Assembly: GCA_965223545.1 (NCBI GenBank)
Contig: OZ245006.1
Span: forward strand, 3,776,001 to 3,840,000
Direction of reading: 5' to 3'
From: Planctomycetota bacterium
Lineage (GTDB): Bacteria > Planctomycetota > UBA1135 > UBA2386
DNA length: 64,000 bases
The notes under the pieces are model-generated. The model made no database searches, was not told where the DNA came from, and saw only the letters and a list, made by a program, of their open reading frames with translations. Positions 48,703 through 58,902 of this stretch are shown here, one piece after another. Made by a program: the position numbers and the translations under genes. Each line of letters starts with the position of its first letter. The stretch's first letter is position 1.

Positions 48703-49284
48703 TCAGCCGGCGAGCAACCGCGACAGCTTCGCCAGAGCGCGGTGCAGCACGACGCGCACGGCACCCTCGGACTTGCCCAAGTGGTCGCCGATCTCGCCGC
48801 GGCTCAAGCCGACGAAGTAGGCCAACGTGACGACTTCGCGCTGCTCGTCGTTTAGGGCGTCGAACGCGCTCTCGACGCGCGACAGCTCCTCGTTGGCCAT
48901 GGCCACAGCGCTGGGAGAGCCGAACGTGGAGTAGCGCCGCAGCAGCTGCGCATCGTCCGCGGTGGCGGCGACCTCACGACGAACGTCGCGCCGGTCGGTG
49001 CGGTAGTAGCGCGCCCGCTTCTGGATCTTGCGCAGCGCCGCCGTGAACAACCAACGCTTGAACGCGTTCTCACCGGGGTAGCGAAACTCGCCGGCGTGGG
49101 CCAGCACCTCGCGGCACACCGACTGCACCAGATCGGACGAGGACTCCTGCGCGCGCACCACCGGGTCGACCCGCACGCGCACGAAGGCGCGCAGATCCGG
49201 CAGGTAGCGCTGCAAGAGCTCCTCCACCGCGACCCGGTCGCCGCCGGCGGCCGCCGTCACCAGGGCCTCGGTGGGATCACTCAT
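48703..49284 (-). CDS. ECF sigma-70 factor (planctomycete kinase-associated type)
   Basis: Motifs AAAGGDRVAVEELLQRY, ESSSDLVQSV, FKRWLF and QREVVTL...GLSRGEIG..LGKSEGAVRVVLHRAL. Confidence 0.92.
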   Translation of the reverse strand: MSDPTEALVTAAAGGDRVAVEELLQRYLPDLRAFVRVRVDPVVRAQESSSDLVQSVCREVLAHAGEFRYPGENAFKRWLFTAALRKIQKRARYYRTDRRDVRREVAATADDAQLLRRYSTFGSPSAVAMANEELSRVESAFDALNDEQREVVTLAYFVGLSRGEIGDHLGKSEGAVRVVLHRALAKLSRLLAG

Positions 49285-49291
49285 GCGACCG

Positions 49292-50707
49292 TCAGTGACC
49301 GACGGCGCAGCCGACCATCGCCTCGATCACGGCGCGCTCCTTGGGAATCGCCGCGGTCAGTACCTCGCAGCCGTCGCGCGTGCACAGCACGTCGTCCTCG
49401 ATGCGGATTCCACCGAAGCCGCGCAGCCCGTGCATTCGCAGAAAGGACTCCGCCTTGTCGAAGTCGACCTGATCTCCGAACTGCTCGCGCAACGCGGCGT
49501 CCTGCAGGATGGCGGGGACGAAGTAGACCCCCGGTTCGATCGTCACCACGACGCCGGGCTCGAGATCGATGTCGAGACGCAGGTACTGCAGGCCGAACTG
49601 CTCGCTGCGCGACCGCCCGTGGGCGTAGCCGATCGCATCGCCGAAGGCCTCCATGTCGTGCACGTCGAGGCCGATGAGATGCCCGACGCCGTGCGGGAAG
49701 AACAGGGCGTGCGCGCCGCTCTCGACCAGGGCCGACGGATTGCCGCGCAGCAGTCCGATGTCGACCAGGCCCTCGGCGATCACTCTGCACGCGGTGAGGT
49801 GGATGTCGCGGTAGCGCGCCCCGGGGCGGACCGCGTCGATCGCCGCCAGCTGCGAGCGCAGCACGATGTCGTAGACCTCCCGCCCCTCGGCATCGAAACG
49901 CCCGCTCACCGGCCATGACCGCGTGACGTCAGAGCAGTAGCCGGTGCGGTTCTCGGCACCCGCATCGAGCAGCACGATGTCGCTGTCGCGCAGCAAGTTG
50001 TCGTGGCTCAGGTTGTGCAGCACTTCGCCGCGGACGCTGAGAATCGAGTTGTAGGCCGGCACACAGCCATGCCGTGCAAAGCAGCCATCGACCAGGCCCG
50101 CCAGCTCCTGCTCGTAGGTCCCCGGCCGCGTGCGGGTGATCGCCTGCAGATGCGCTTCGCGCGTGACCACCGCGGTCCGGCGCATCTCGGCGACCTCCTC
50201 CTCGGCCTTGGTCAGCCGCAGCCGCCCGATGGCGCGCACGACCTCGGGGCGCCCCTGAGAATCGGGATCGGCGAAGTCGAGGTCCTGGCCGGTGATGGCG
50301 CTGGCGCGCCGCGTCGCCCTGGGGTCGGCGACCGCGAGCGCGCTGACCGTGCGGTCACCGACTTGCTCGCGGACCCGCTGCTCGAGCTCGTCGTTGGGTT
50401 GCACACGCTGCACTCCGTGCCGTTCGGCCATTTCTTCGAACGACGGTACCGCGCCGTGCCAGAGCGCGTCCTCCGGCGTGCGCCGCGGCAAGAACAAGGT
50501 CGCCGAGGCATCCGCGGGGTCGAACAACAGGGCGCTGTCCGGCTCCGGCGCCTCGCAGAAGAACAGCATGTTGCTGTCCGCCCGGTAGGGGTACGGATTG
50601 TGCGGATAGTTGCGCGGCGCCCAGCCGCCGGCCATCAGCAGGACCGGGTGGTCGATCGCTTCGAGGAACTGCGTGCGGCGGTGCTGGAAGTGGCTGAGGG
50701 ACACCAT
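49292..50707 (-). CDS. pepP: Xaa-Pro aminopeptidase (M24B)
   Basis: Motifs YRADSN, VLH, DAGAE, YCSDVTR, HGVGHLIGLDVHD, TIEPGVY and GIRIEDDV; ATG at 50707. Confidence 0.9.
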   Translation of the reverse strand: MVSLSHFQHRRTQFLEAIDHPVLLMAGGWAPRNYPHNPYPYRADSNMLFFCEAPEPDSALLFDPADASATLFLPRRTPEDALWHGAVPSFEEMAERHGVQRVQPNDELEQRVREQVGDRTVSALAVADPRATRRASAITGQDLDFADPDSQGRPEVVRAIGRLRLTKAEEEVAEMRRTAVVTREAHLQAITRTRPGTYEQELAGLVDGCFARHGCVPAYNSILSVRGEVLHNLSHDNLLRDSDIVLLDAGAENRTGYCSDVTRSWPVSGRFDAEGREVYDIVLRSQLAAIDAVRPGARYRDIHLTACRVIAEGLVDIGLLRGNPSALVESGAHALFFPHGVGHLIGLDVHDMEAFGDAIGYAHGRSRSEQFGLQYLRLDIDLEPGVVVTIEPGVYFVPAILQDAALREQFGDQVDFDKAESFLRMHGLRGFGGIRIEDDVLCTRDGCEVLTAAIPKERAVIEAMVGCAVGH

Positions 50708-50827
50708 GGCCGGCACAATATCGACCGACTGGGGGTCCTGCCGAGGAATCGAGCCCTGTCCGGGAGTCCCAGCGCCGGCCGGACGTCCGCTCGCCGTCGC
50801 CTCGTCTCCGAAACAAGGAAAGCCCTC

Positions 50828-53722
50828 GTGCGCGCACCCCTCGTCGCCGTGATCGTCCTCGCCGTCGCCGTTGCGGCGGCGGCCCTGCTGCTGACCCGCG
50901 AGGACCCGGTGGCACCGGCGGGCATGCCGGCGGCGCCGGCGCCGGCCGCGGACGACGCGGCGATGCGCGCGCTCACCGACGACACCGTCGCGCCCGGCGA
51001 TCGCAGCGCGGTGGCGCGCGCCGCGGCGCCGGCCACCGCCGACACCGCGGCCGGCACCGTCACTCTGTCCGGCCGGCTGGTGCAAGCCAACGGCGAGCCG
51101 CTCGCCGATGCCAACTTGCGTTTTGGCCCGCGCATCGATCTGCCGACGGAGGGCGCGAACACCACGACGGACCGCACCGATACAGCCGGCCGATTCGCGC
51201 TGACCGTGCAGGCCGGCCGCGCCGGGCAGCTGCAGCTGGACGACGGCGCACACGTCTTTGCCGACGCCTCCGATCGCGGGCTGGCGATCGAAGCGATGCA
51301 GGGGAATCGCGACCTGGGCGACCTCGCCGTCGTCACCGGTGCAGCGGTGCACGGCACCGTGCGCGACGCGGTGGGACGCCCCCTGGCCGAAGTGACGGTC
51401 TCGATGAGCCGCGATGGTCCCCTCGCCGGGGTGGGTTTCGGCCGATGGCAAACCGAATCGGCAGCCGATGGCACCTTCGCCTTCCGCGCGCTCTACGCGG
51501 GCGACTACCGGCTGTCGACGGCGTCGCCGCGGCATCTGCCGGCGTCGCAGTCGGTGGCCCTCGCGGCCGGCGAGACGCGCCGCGATCTCGTCCTCGCCCT
51601 GAGCGAGGGCAGCTCGATCGCGGGCGTCGTCGTGGACGACACCGGCGCCCCGATCGCCGACGCCTCGGTCGGCGCCTTCCGCCAGCGCGCGCTGGGCGAG
51701 AGCGGCGAGATCACGTCGCTGTCTGCCGACGAGTCGGTGCGCACCGATGCCAACGGCCGCTTCTCGCTCGGCGGCCTCGAAGACGCCCCGGTCACCGTGC
51801 GCGCGAGTGCGGCGGCGCACGCCGCCAGCAGCGCCAGCGGGGTACGACCCGGCACCGCCAACGTCACGCTGACCCTGGCGCGCCTGGCGACGGTGCGCGG
51901 TCGGCTCGTCGATCGCGCCGGTTCCCCGATCGAAGGCAGCAGCATCTCCGCCGAACCCGCGGCGGACGGCGCGTCGGGGCTGCGGCTGCTGCGCTCCTCC
52001 GCGCGCACCGACGCCGCGGGGAGCTTCGAGCTGACCGACGTGGCCGCCGGCTCGGTGATCATCACCGCGACCGGCAACGACCACGTCGCCGTGAGTTCGG
52101 CCCCGACGCAAGTGAGGCCCGGTGAGAGCGTCGACGGGTTGCGACTGGTGGCGGATCGCGGTGCCACCCTGGCGGTGCGCGTGGTCGACACGCACGGGAC
52201 GCCGGTCGCCGGCGCCGACGTCGTGGTGCGCGAGCCCCCGCCGCGCGCGGCACCGGGAGGTGCGCAGATCGCCTCGCGCAGCATCCGTCGCCGCGTCGAG
52301 AGCGGCGACGAGGAGATCTCGTTCGACGATGGTGGTCCGCGCCGCCTGGGGACGGCGACCAGCGACGCCGACGGCTGGGCGCGGATCGGTGGGCTCCCCG
52401 CCGGTGCTGCGGTCGCGTCGGTCGCGCACCCGGACCACGCGCCGTCGAGACCGCACGACGTGGAGATGCCGGCCGCCGGCGTGCTCGAGGTGTCGCTGGC
52501 GCTGCGCGAAGCCGGCATCGTGCAGGTCACCGCCGTGGACGCCGACCATCAGCCATTGGCCAGCGCCGATGTCGTCCTCACTCCCGCCGACGCCAACGGC
52601 GATGACACCAGGTACGACGGCACGACCGACGACGCCGGCGTCGTCGAAATCCGCTCGCTGCCGGCCGGGCGCTACGTCGCCGCGCTGCGCCGTCCGAGCC
52701 GACCGATCTCGGTCGGCGGAGCCTCGATCATGATGGTGGACGGAAACACGACGAGCTACGAAGCCTCGCGCGCCGATGTCGCCGTCGAGGCCGGGGAGAC
52801 GTCCTCGGTCACCTTGGTGCGCCCGGTGCTGACCACGGTTCAGGGTGCCCTGCGCGACGCGGAAGGTCCGGTCGCCGGCGGCAAGGTCGAGATCGCGCGC
52901 GCCGACGCGCCCACCATCCAGGGCCTCGGCGGCAGCGCCAACAGCGCGGTCACCGACGCCGCCGGCCGATTCACCGTCGATGGCCTCACTGCGGGCAGCT
53001 ACCGCATCCGCTTCGGCCGCCGCGGCCAAGTCGTCTTGGCCGAGCAAGAGCTGACGTTGGCGGGCGAGCGCTTCGTCGAACGCGACCTGGAGCTCAACGG
53101 CGGCAGCGTCACGATCGCCGTGCTCGATGCCGAGGGTACGCCGCTGCGGCGCGCCACCGTGAGCCTGCGGCGCGCCGGCGAGGACGCCACCTCCACCAGC
53201 GGCCCGCGGCGCACCGGCGCGGTGATGGTGATGATGAGCACCGCCGGGGGGTCCGACGGGAGCGAGACCACGATGACGCTGGGCGGCGGTCCTCCTTCGG
53301 TCAAGACCGACGCCGATGGCCGCGCCACCGTGCGCGACGTGCCGCCCGGTGTGTACACCGTCGCGGTGAGCCACTCCCGCCACCAACGCAAAGAGCTCGA
53401 GGCGATCGAAGTGCAAGCGCAGGGGGAGCACGACCTCGGCGGCGTCCAGCTGTCCGGCGCCGGCGCGATCAGCGGCACGATCGAGGTCGCCGACGGCGAC
53501 GTGCCACTGGTGACCAACGTGCAGGCAAAGCGCGCCGACGGAACGGGGGAGCCGCAGACGTCCATGGCCATGCGCGGCGCGTTCCGCTTCGAGGGACTGG
53601 GTCCCGGGCGATACGAGCTGCGCGCGCGACCCGTGGGTCCCAACGCAGCGCAGGAGTGGGGCGCGCCCGAGATCGTCGAGGTCGAAGCCGGCCGCTCCAG
53701 CCGCGTCACCCTGCGGCTCTGA
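50828..53722 (+). CDS. Membrane-anchored protein with multiple CarboxypepD_reg-like Ig repeats
   Basis: N-terminal TM VRAPLVAVIVLAVAVAAAALLL; about eight G.VVD..G.P....V / TD..G.F repeats; AAGGAA RBS. Confidence 0.85.
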   Translation: MRAPLVAVIVLAVAVAAAALLLTREDPVAPAGMPAAPAPAADDAAMRALTDDTVAPGDRSAVARAAAPATADTAAGTVTLSGRLVQANGEPLADANLRFGPRIDLPTEGANTTTDRTDTAGRFALTVQAGRAGQLQLDDGAHVFADASDRGLAIEAMQGNRDLGDLAVVTGAAVHGTVRDAVGRPLAEVTVSMSRDGPLAGVGFGRWQTESAADGTFAFRALYAGDYRLSTASPRHLPASQSVALAAGETRRDLVLALSEGSSIAGVVVDDTGAPIADASVGAFRQRALGESGEITSLSADESVRTDANGRFSLGGLEDAPVTVRASAAAHAASSASGVRPGTANVTLTLARLATVRGRLVDRAGSPIEGSSISAEPAADGASGLRLLRSSARTDAAGSFELTDVAAGSVIITATGNDHVAVSSAPTQVRPGESVDGLRLVADRGATLAVRVVDTHGTPVAGADVVVREPPPRAAPGGAQIASRSIRRRVESGDEEISFDDGGPRRLGTATSDADGWARIGGLPAGAAVASVAHPDHAPSRPHDVEMPAAGVLEVSLALREAGIVQVTAVDADHQPLASADVVLTPADANGDDTRYDGTTDDAGVVEIRSLPAGRYVAALRRPSRPISVGGASIMMVDGNTTSYEASRADVAVEAGETSSVTLVRPVLTTVQGALRDAEGPVAGGKVEIARADAPTIQGLGGSANSAVTDAAGRFTVDGLTAGSYRIRFGRRGQVVLAEQELTLAGERFVERDLELNGGSVTIAVLDAEGTPLRRATVSLRRAGEDATSTSGPRRTGAVMVMMSTAGGSDGSETTMTLGGGPPSVKTDADGRATVRDVPPGVYTVAVSHSRHQRKELEAIEVQAQGEHDLGGVQLSGAGAISGTIEVADGDVPLVTNVQAKRADGTGEPQTSMAMRGAFRFEGLGPGRYELRARPVGPNAAQEWGAPEIVEVEAGRSSRVTLRL

Positions 53723-53782
53723 GCATTTCGAGGTCCGGCATCTCGAGGTCCGGCAGCTCGAGGCCCGGAATCTCGAGGCCCC
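53723..53782. repeat. 15-bp tandem repeat, four copies, directly after the stop codon
   Basis: gcatttcgaggtccg / gcatctcgaggtccg / gcagctcgaggcccg / gaatctcgaggcccc. Confidence 0.85.
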
Positions 53783-53806
53783 GCTCCGCCCGGCCGGGCG
53801 GAAGGT

Positions 53807-53840
53807 GTCCCCGCCAGCGGCCGCGGCTGCTGGCGGGGAC
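53807..53840. terminator. Strong GC hairpin, possible terminator
   Basis: GTCCCCGCCAGC ... GCTGGCGGGGAC forms a perfect 12-bp stem; no clear U-tract. Confidence 0.5.
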
Positions 53841-54093
53841 GGAGGAATCTCCTCCTTCTGGGCACCATTCCGCCGGACCGTAGCAACCATCCTCTTTGTA
53901 GCCCGGGGTTTGGAGCCCAACGGACGGGCCTCGGCGGCCGCCGTTTGGAGAAAGAGCGCGTTGGCGCGCAATCACGCCATCCTGAGCAACGGAGGATTCC
54001 GCACCTGACGGACGCGGATTCCGCACGTTTTTTCACTCTCGGCGGGACAGTGTGGCCGCTGGGCGCGCGCGCCTGCGCACAGAAGGCACGACC

Positions 54094-54912
54094 ATGAACG
54101 ACTCGCAGCTCGCAACGAACGTCCTGCCCGCCAACGAGAAGGCGGCCCACACCTGGAGCAACGGCGGCGCCGCGTACGATCGCATCAGCCGCCAGATCGC
54201 CGATGCCATCGAGCATTGCGTCGATCGAATCCGCCTTCCGCCCGGTGCCCGCGTGCTCGACGTCGCGACCGGCACCGGCTGGACCGCGCGCCGCCTCGCC
54301 GCCCGCGGCCACTCCGTGGTGGGGGTCGACTTCGCCGCCGACGTGTTGGCCGCCGCCCGCTCGCTGTCGCCGGACACCGCGATCGACTACCGGGTCGCCG
54401 ATGCCGAGGCCCTGCCGTTCGAGGACGACTCCTTCGACGCGGTGGTGTCCACCTTCGGCGTGATGTTCTGCGCGCGGCCGGAGCGGGCCGCCGCCGAGCT
54501 CGCCCGGGTCTGCAAGCCCGGCGGGCAGCTGGCGCTGGCGACCTGGGCCACCGAGGGCGGCATCCGCGACATGTTCTCCGTCATCGTGCGCTATCTGCCG
54601 GGCCAACGCGGACCCGATCCCAGCCCCTTCGCCTGGGGCGATCCCGAGCGGCTGCGCGCACTGTTCGGCACCGCGTTCGATGTCGGAATCGAGACCGCCA
54701 CTTCGTGGTTCCGCGCCGACGACGGCGAGGACGCGTTCCAGCAGTTCGCCACCGGCTACGGCCCGGTCGTCTCGCTGCTGCAGTCACTGGAGCCCGAGCG
54801 CGTCCAGCAATTCCACCGGGACTTCGTCGCCTTCCACGAACAGTACCGGACCGAGCTGGGGATCTTGGTTCCGCGGCCCTACGTCATTACCGCCGGGAAG
54901 TGCGGGGTCTGA
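54094..54912 (+). CDS. Class I SAM-dependent methyltransferase (UbiE-like)
   Basis: Motifs VLDVATGTG, DAEALPFEDDSFDAVVSTFGVMF and ELARVCKPGG. Confidence 0.92.
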   Translation: MNDSQLATNVLPANEKAAHTWSNGGAAYDRISRQIADAIEHCVDRIRLPPGARVLDVATGTGWTARRLAARGHSVVGVDFAADVLAAARSLSPDTAIDYRVADAEALPFEDDSFDAVVSTFGVMFCARPERAAAELARVCKPGGQLALATWATEGGIRDMFSVIVRYLPGQRGPDPSPFAWGDPERLRALFGTAFDVGIETATSWFRADDGEDAFQQFATGYGPVVSLLQSLEPERVQQFHRDFVAFHEQYRTELGILVPRPYVITAGKCGV

Positions 54913-54915
54913 TTT

Positions 54916-54963
54916 GGTTTCCTAAACCGGAGGTCACAGGTTCGAATCCTGTCGGGCGTACCA
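54916..54963 (+). other. 3' half of tRNA-Arg(CCT), att-like site; not an intact tRNA
   Basis: ggt-TTCCTAA-accgg anticodon arm, ACAGG-TTCGAAT-CCTGT T-arm and CGGGCGTA-CCA end; no D-arm or 5' acceptor strand upstream. Confidence 0.85.
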
Positions 54964-55172
54964 CTGCCTCTCGATGTCACGAGATGTTCGTCGGAATCTA
55001 ACGTGTCCGCAGGCGTTGGCTTGTGCCGGTCATGATCATTGGCGTCGTCATCACCCGTCGCCTCGAGCGCAGCGGCCATCTGCTCGATCTCGACGTGCGT
55101 GTAGCTGTTCATCGTCAGCTCGATCGTCGAGTGGCGGGCGAGCTTCTGGGCGACGCTGGGATGCACGTACAC
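54964..55172 (-). pseudogene. C-terminal remnant of a tyrosine recombinase/integrase
   Basis: VHPSVAQKLARHSTIELTMNSYTH retains the box II His and catalytic Tyr; the frame runs into the tRNA antisense (GTPDRIRTCDLRFRKP). Confidence 0.75.
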
Positions 55173-55283
55173 CCCGGTGCGAGCCGAGGAGATACCGTGC
55201 TTGCGCGTTCCGCGCCGTTTCGTTGGCGCTGAGTTCGTTGATGAGGCCGTAGACCTCCTGGTAGGGCGTGCCCGCGGCGATCG

Positions 55284-55810
55284 CTACCGAACGGCAGACG
55301 CTATCTCGCTAGTCACGACGTTCTTCTCGCGGCAACCCTCGCACAAGTCGCGCGCCCACGTGAGGTCGTTAGGACGGAAGCCGCTTCCGCTCTCACCACC
55401 GCAGATGAGCCAGTGGATTCCGCGGAGCTCGAGGGCGGGCGCCAGCGGCCCGAGCGCCGGCTGGTAGCTCACGAAGCGGACGATGGCAGGGATGTCGCGC
55501 GGGTAGTCCGCGCCCTCGACGACGCGCTCGTCCTCGATCGACGTACCGAGCCAGACGTTCGGCCAGCCGCTACTCCAGTCGCTGGGCAAGAACTTGGCGA
55601 TGTTCTCTGGGCGCTTCGTCAGGATCTGCCAATCGAGCTGCGTGGCGCGGATGAGATCGAAGAGCTCGCGCCGCCACTCTCCCACGGCGGGATGATCTTC
55701 GAAGATGTCGGCCAACGACGCGCAGAAGACGCGCTCGGCGTAGCCAGCCTTGCGAGCGGCGCGCGCCCACGTGACGGGCTTCTTCCAGTTCGTAGCGCTC
55801 GTGCGCTTGG
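55284..55810 (-). pseudogene. Truncated phage Gp37/Gp68 (DUF5131) family gene
   Basis: Motifs RVFCASLADIF, WQILTKRPE, NVWLGTSIE and WLICGGESG; N-terminal Cys motif and C-terminus are missing. Confidence 0.8.
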
Positions 55811-56102
55811 CGCTGGCGCTCGGGGAGCGGCGAGGTTCCGCCGATGCCGTGGGTCGCGATCCGCGAGACCGCGTTCGCCAAATCCATCCAGGATCCGCTG
55901 GCCTCGAGCTCGTCTTGCCTCGTCGGGGCGTCAGCAACGTTTGGCGGGTTGATCATCCGTCTCTAGCTCGCCGAGTTCGGCGGCGGAGGCCGCCGAGCTC
56001 GCCCACGTGGGCCTGGTCCCCGGGGTACGGCCCGCACCGGGCCCCGCCCTCCGAACCCGGAAGCCTTGCCCCTTCCGTCTCTTCAGAGTAAATTTCCGAG
56101 TA

Positions 56103-57458
56103 ATGGACGTGGCGGAACTACTGACGAGGCACGAGGGCAAGACGCTCGAGTTCAAACGCGACGCCAGCTCCTCCGGTCCGATCCTCAAGACCCTGTCCGC
56201 GTTCAGCAATACGGCCGGCGGAACGCTGGTGCTCGGCGTGCGCGATCGCACGCGCGAAATCGTTGGGGCCACGGATCCCCTCGCGGTGGAGGAGCAGATC
56301 ATGAACATCGCGGCCGACGGAATCCGGCCGCAGATCCTGCCCGAGGTCGAGATCGTGTCGTACCGCAAGGTGTCGCTCGTGGTGGTCAAGGTCTTCCCGG
56401 GGCCTCGCCGGCCCTACTACGTGGCGAGCCTCGGGCGCGACGCAGGGACCTTCGTGCGGGTCGGCTCGACCAACCGGCGTGCTTCCCCCGAGCTCCTGGC
56501 GGAGCTCGAGCGAACGTCACGCAACGTCGCCTTCGATGAGGAGCCGATGACCGAGCTCACGGCCGACGACCTCGACCTCGATCTGGCCCGCGCGCGCTTC
56601 GCGGACCGCAAGAAACTCGACTCACGGGATCTCCTGGCTCTGAACGTGCTCACTCGCCACGGTCGCCGCCAGGTCCCGACCGTCGGCGGCGTCGTCCTGT
56701 TCGGCCGCGATCGTCTGCGGCACTTCCCCGACGCACGCATTCGCCTGGCACGGTTCCAGAGCACAGACCGTGCGTCGATCACCGACCGGGTCGAAGCGGA
56801 GTCGGATCCTGTCCAGGCGATCGAGGAGGCCCTAGCGTTTCTGCGAAGAAGCACGGCTCTGGGCATGACCGTCGAGGGGGCGCGTCGACGCGACCTGCCG
56901 CAGTATCCACCCGTGGCGCTGCGGGAAGCGGTCATCAACGCGGTCGCGCACGCCGACTACTCGCAGGTCGGTAGCCCGATCCGGATCGCCGTGTTCGACG
57001 ACCGCGTCGAGATCGAGAACCCGGGCCTGCTGCCGTTCGGCTTGACGATCGAGGAGATGCAGCGCGGCGTGTCGAAGTTGCGCAACCGCGTGATCGGGCG
57101 GGTGTTCCACGAACTCGGTCTGATCGAGCAGTGGGGCAGCGGCATCCGCCGCATGACCGAGGCTTGCGCGGACATGGGGCTCTCGGCGCCGACGTTCGAG
57201 GAGCTCGGTACCTGCTTCAGGGTCACGTTGCGCGCCGGCACGCAACGTGTGCGTTCACCTGAAGGAACGGCGGGCCGGATTCTCGACCTGCTGGCGGATG
57301 GAGGCGAGCGCTCGACGGCGAAGATCGCGGCGGCTCTCGGAGTGACGCCGCGCACGGCCAGGACCCACCTCAAGCGACTCGTCGAAGATGGGCTCGTCGT
57401 CGAAATCGGGCATGGCAAGACGGACCCGACCAAGGTCTATCGAATCGTCGCGAGCTGA
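56103..57458 (+). CDS. AlbA_2 (Schlafen-like) + HATPase_c_4 + C-terminal wHTH protein
   Basis: Motifs EGKTLEFK, SAFSNTAGGTLVLGV, VRVGST, ALREAVINAVAHADY, IENPG, RNRVI and IEQWGSGI; C-terminal HTH. Confidence 0.88.
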   Translation: MDVAELLTRHEGKTLEFKRDASSSGPILKTLSAFSNTAGGTLVLGVRDRTREIVGATDPLAVEEQIMNIAADGIRPQILPEVEIVSYRKVSLVVVKVFPGPRRPYYVASLGRDAGTFVRVGSTNRRASPELLAELERTSRNVAFDEEPMTELTADDLDLDLARARFADRKKLDSRDLLALNVLTRHGRRQVPTVGGVVLFGRDRLRHFPDARIRLARFQSTDRASITDRVEAESDPVQAIEEALAFLRRSTALGMTVEGARRRDLPQYPPVALREAVINAVAHADYSQVGSPIRIAVFDDRVEIENPGLLPFGLTIEEMQRGVSKLRNRVIGRVFHELGLIEQWGSGIRRMTEACADMGLSAPTFEELGTCFRVTLRAGTQRVRSPEGTAGRILDLLADGGERSTAKIAAALGVTPRTARTHLKRLVEDGLVVEIGHGKTDPTKVYRIVAS

Positions 57459-58064
57459 CGACCTACCGCGATGCCATCGCCTCGATCAACTCCACGATTG
57501 CTCGACGCGCTGCAGCAGTCATTCCCGACCAGGCCCGCGCGATGCGATCGAGCTCATCGCAGCCTTCCGTTGCGGTGCCCTGGAGTGCCTTGAGGTGCTT
57601 GCAGCATGGACCAGCTGAGGGACAAGCCTCCGGGTTGCCATGCTGCACATCCTTGTCACGCAGAAGGTTGTGTCCGAGCGAAGTCCCGGTCGCCGTCGAA
57701 CCGGAGCCGCACCTCACCACCGATGTAGAGGTGGGGTTCAGTCAGCTCGTCGCGTGAGCCGAGTTCACCATCGAGAGCCCGCACGATGATCTCCGACAGC
57801 GTGCGGCCGACCACCTTCTTGAGTGCGCCGACGACGCTTCGATCGAGGTCACCCATCTCGATCAGGCCCCTGAGGCAACCGCTCGACGAACCTGTAGCAC
57901 GCACCAACGGCTGGGACATCCTCGACAGCGCGGTGATCCTGGCGATTGGGTGTGCGGCGTTGATCGAGGCCACGGGCGCGCAGACAGCGGTGCAGCGTCG
58001 AGAGCGACGGGAGCTCGCCGCCTTTTCTTACGGCTCGAAGCTCGGCGATCGGCGATCAGCCCCG

Positions 58065-58350
58065 GGCCGTTGAGCGCCGGTCTCGCCTCGGCGAGATCGG
58101 TGATCGCGACGGCGAGGTCGTCGTCGATTCTGCGGCTGTGACCCTGATCGCGGCGACGCTTGTCCTCGAGCCCGACGAGGCCATCGCGGCGGTACCGCAT
58201 CAGCCAGTCCTCGATGGTGCCGAAGCCGATGATCGTCTGGCCACGTCGCGGATGCTGATGAGGCTTGGCTGCGATGCGGCGGATCTCACGCTTGAGAGCG
58301 CCGCGCGGGCCATCGATCGAGAGCAGCGGTGCGATATCTCGTACCGTGAC
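58065..58350 (-). pseudogene. N-terminal HTH remnant of a DDE transposase/integrase, frameshifted
   Basis: RYEI/IAPLL is split across frames; TIEDWLMRYRRDGLVGLEDKRRRDQGHSR is typical of transposase HTH regions; catalytic core absent. Confidence 0.6.
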
Positions 58351-58398
58351 CACCGGCGGCAACTTGGAACCGGGATTACGCGGCTCCCTACAAGGATT

Positions 58399-58743
58399 TC
58401 AGGCATGGCGGCCAGATTGCTTGAACTCCACCCGGAAGGCCTGCTCACCGAAGCTCTCGAACGTGTGTGCTCGGACCTCGACCGTGCCGTCGTCCACGAC
58501 CATCCGGCGATTCCTCCGAAGGAGCGCAACGAGCTCGTTACGCAGACCGGTCGCGTCATTGGCGCTCAGGCATGCGATCAGGACGCCGAAGGCGCCCTTC
58601 ATGGCCACGACCTCTTCGTGGCCGTCTCGGTACTCGACCTCCAACGCGTCCGCACCGACGCAGAGCGCCTCCGACACGAGCTGTTCGAGCCCCAGCGGCC
58701 TCGCGTCCGCGTCTTCTGGTTGGCTCAACACGCGTGAGATCAT
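58399..58743 (-). CDS. Small hypothetical protein
   Basis: Globular-looking ORF (GADALEVEYRDGHEEV...ESFGEQAFRVEF) downstream of a TTGACA-containing promoter-like site. Confidence 0.5.
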   Translation of the reverse strand: MISRVLSQPEDADARPLGLEQLVSEALCVGADALEVEYRDGHEEVVAMKGAFGVLIACLSANDATGLRNELVALLRRNRRMVVDDGTVEVRAHTFESFGEQAFRVEFKQSGRHA

Positions 58744-58866
58744 CCGGCTATCCAAGGTCACCTTGCAAAGGGGACACCGCGTCTTGCTGAACAGCGATTT
58801 GGGGCGGCCGACCGTGGGAGCCGCGGGCCATGGCTTGCCGACCGCCCCGAAGCCCCACGCAGCTAT

Positions 58867-58902
58867 GCACACAACTAAACCCCAGGTTGAGATTCGTGTC
58901 AA
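58867..58902 (-). promoter_or_regulatory. Palindromic operator-like site overlapping a TTGACA -35 element
   Basis: gcacacaactaaac-cccag-gttgagattcgtgt; TTGACA on the minus strand at 58897-58902; 25/33 identical to the abiEi promoter site. Confidence 0.55.

Noticed and set aside
53723..53782. CRISPR array
   Set aside because: The 15-bp units are contiguous with no spacers, and no cas genes or repeat-spacer arrays were seen in the window.
53850..53960. c-di-GMP-I riboswitch or SRP RNA
   Set aside because: The diagnostic motifs (GGCAAA/GNRA/GACGCAAAGC; CAGG-GNRA-AGCAG) do not match, and no gene lies downstream on the minus strand.
29061..53971. Giant ORFs 29061-33125, 37290-41654, 49292-53971 and 50003-53722 as fusion proteins
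   Set aside because: Only the distal parts are real genes. The N-terminal extensions are antisense to neighbouring genes, and internal starts with signal peptides or promoters are present.
54885..54963. Intact tRNA-Arg gene
   Set aside because: There is no D-arm or 5' acceptor strand; the upstream bases are methyltransferase coding sequence.
57463..58073. Small ORFs with CKHLKAL and ARAWSGMTAAARRAIVEL segments
   Set aside because: They look like fused remnants of mobile-element genes, and no coherent product can be supported.
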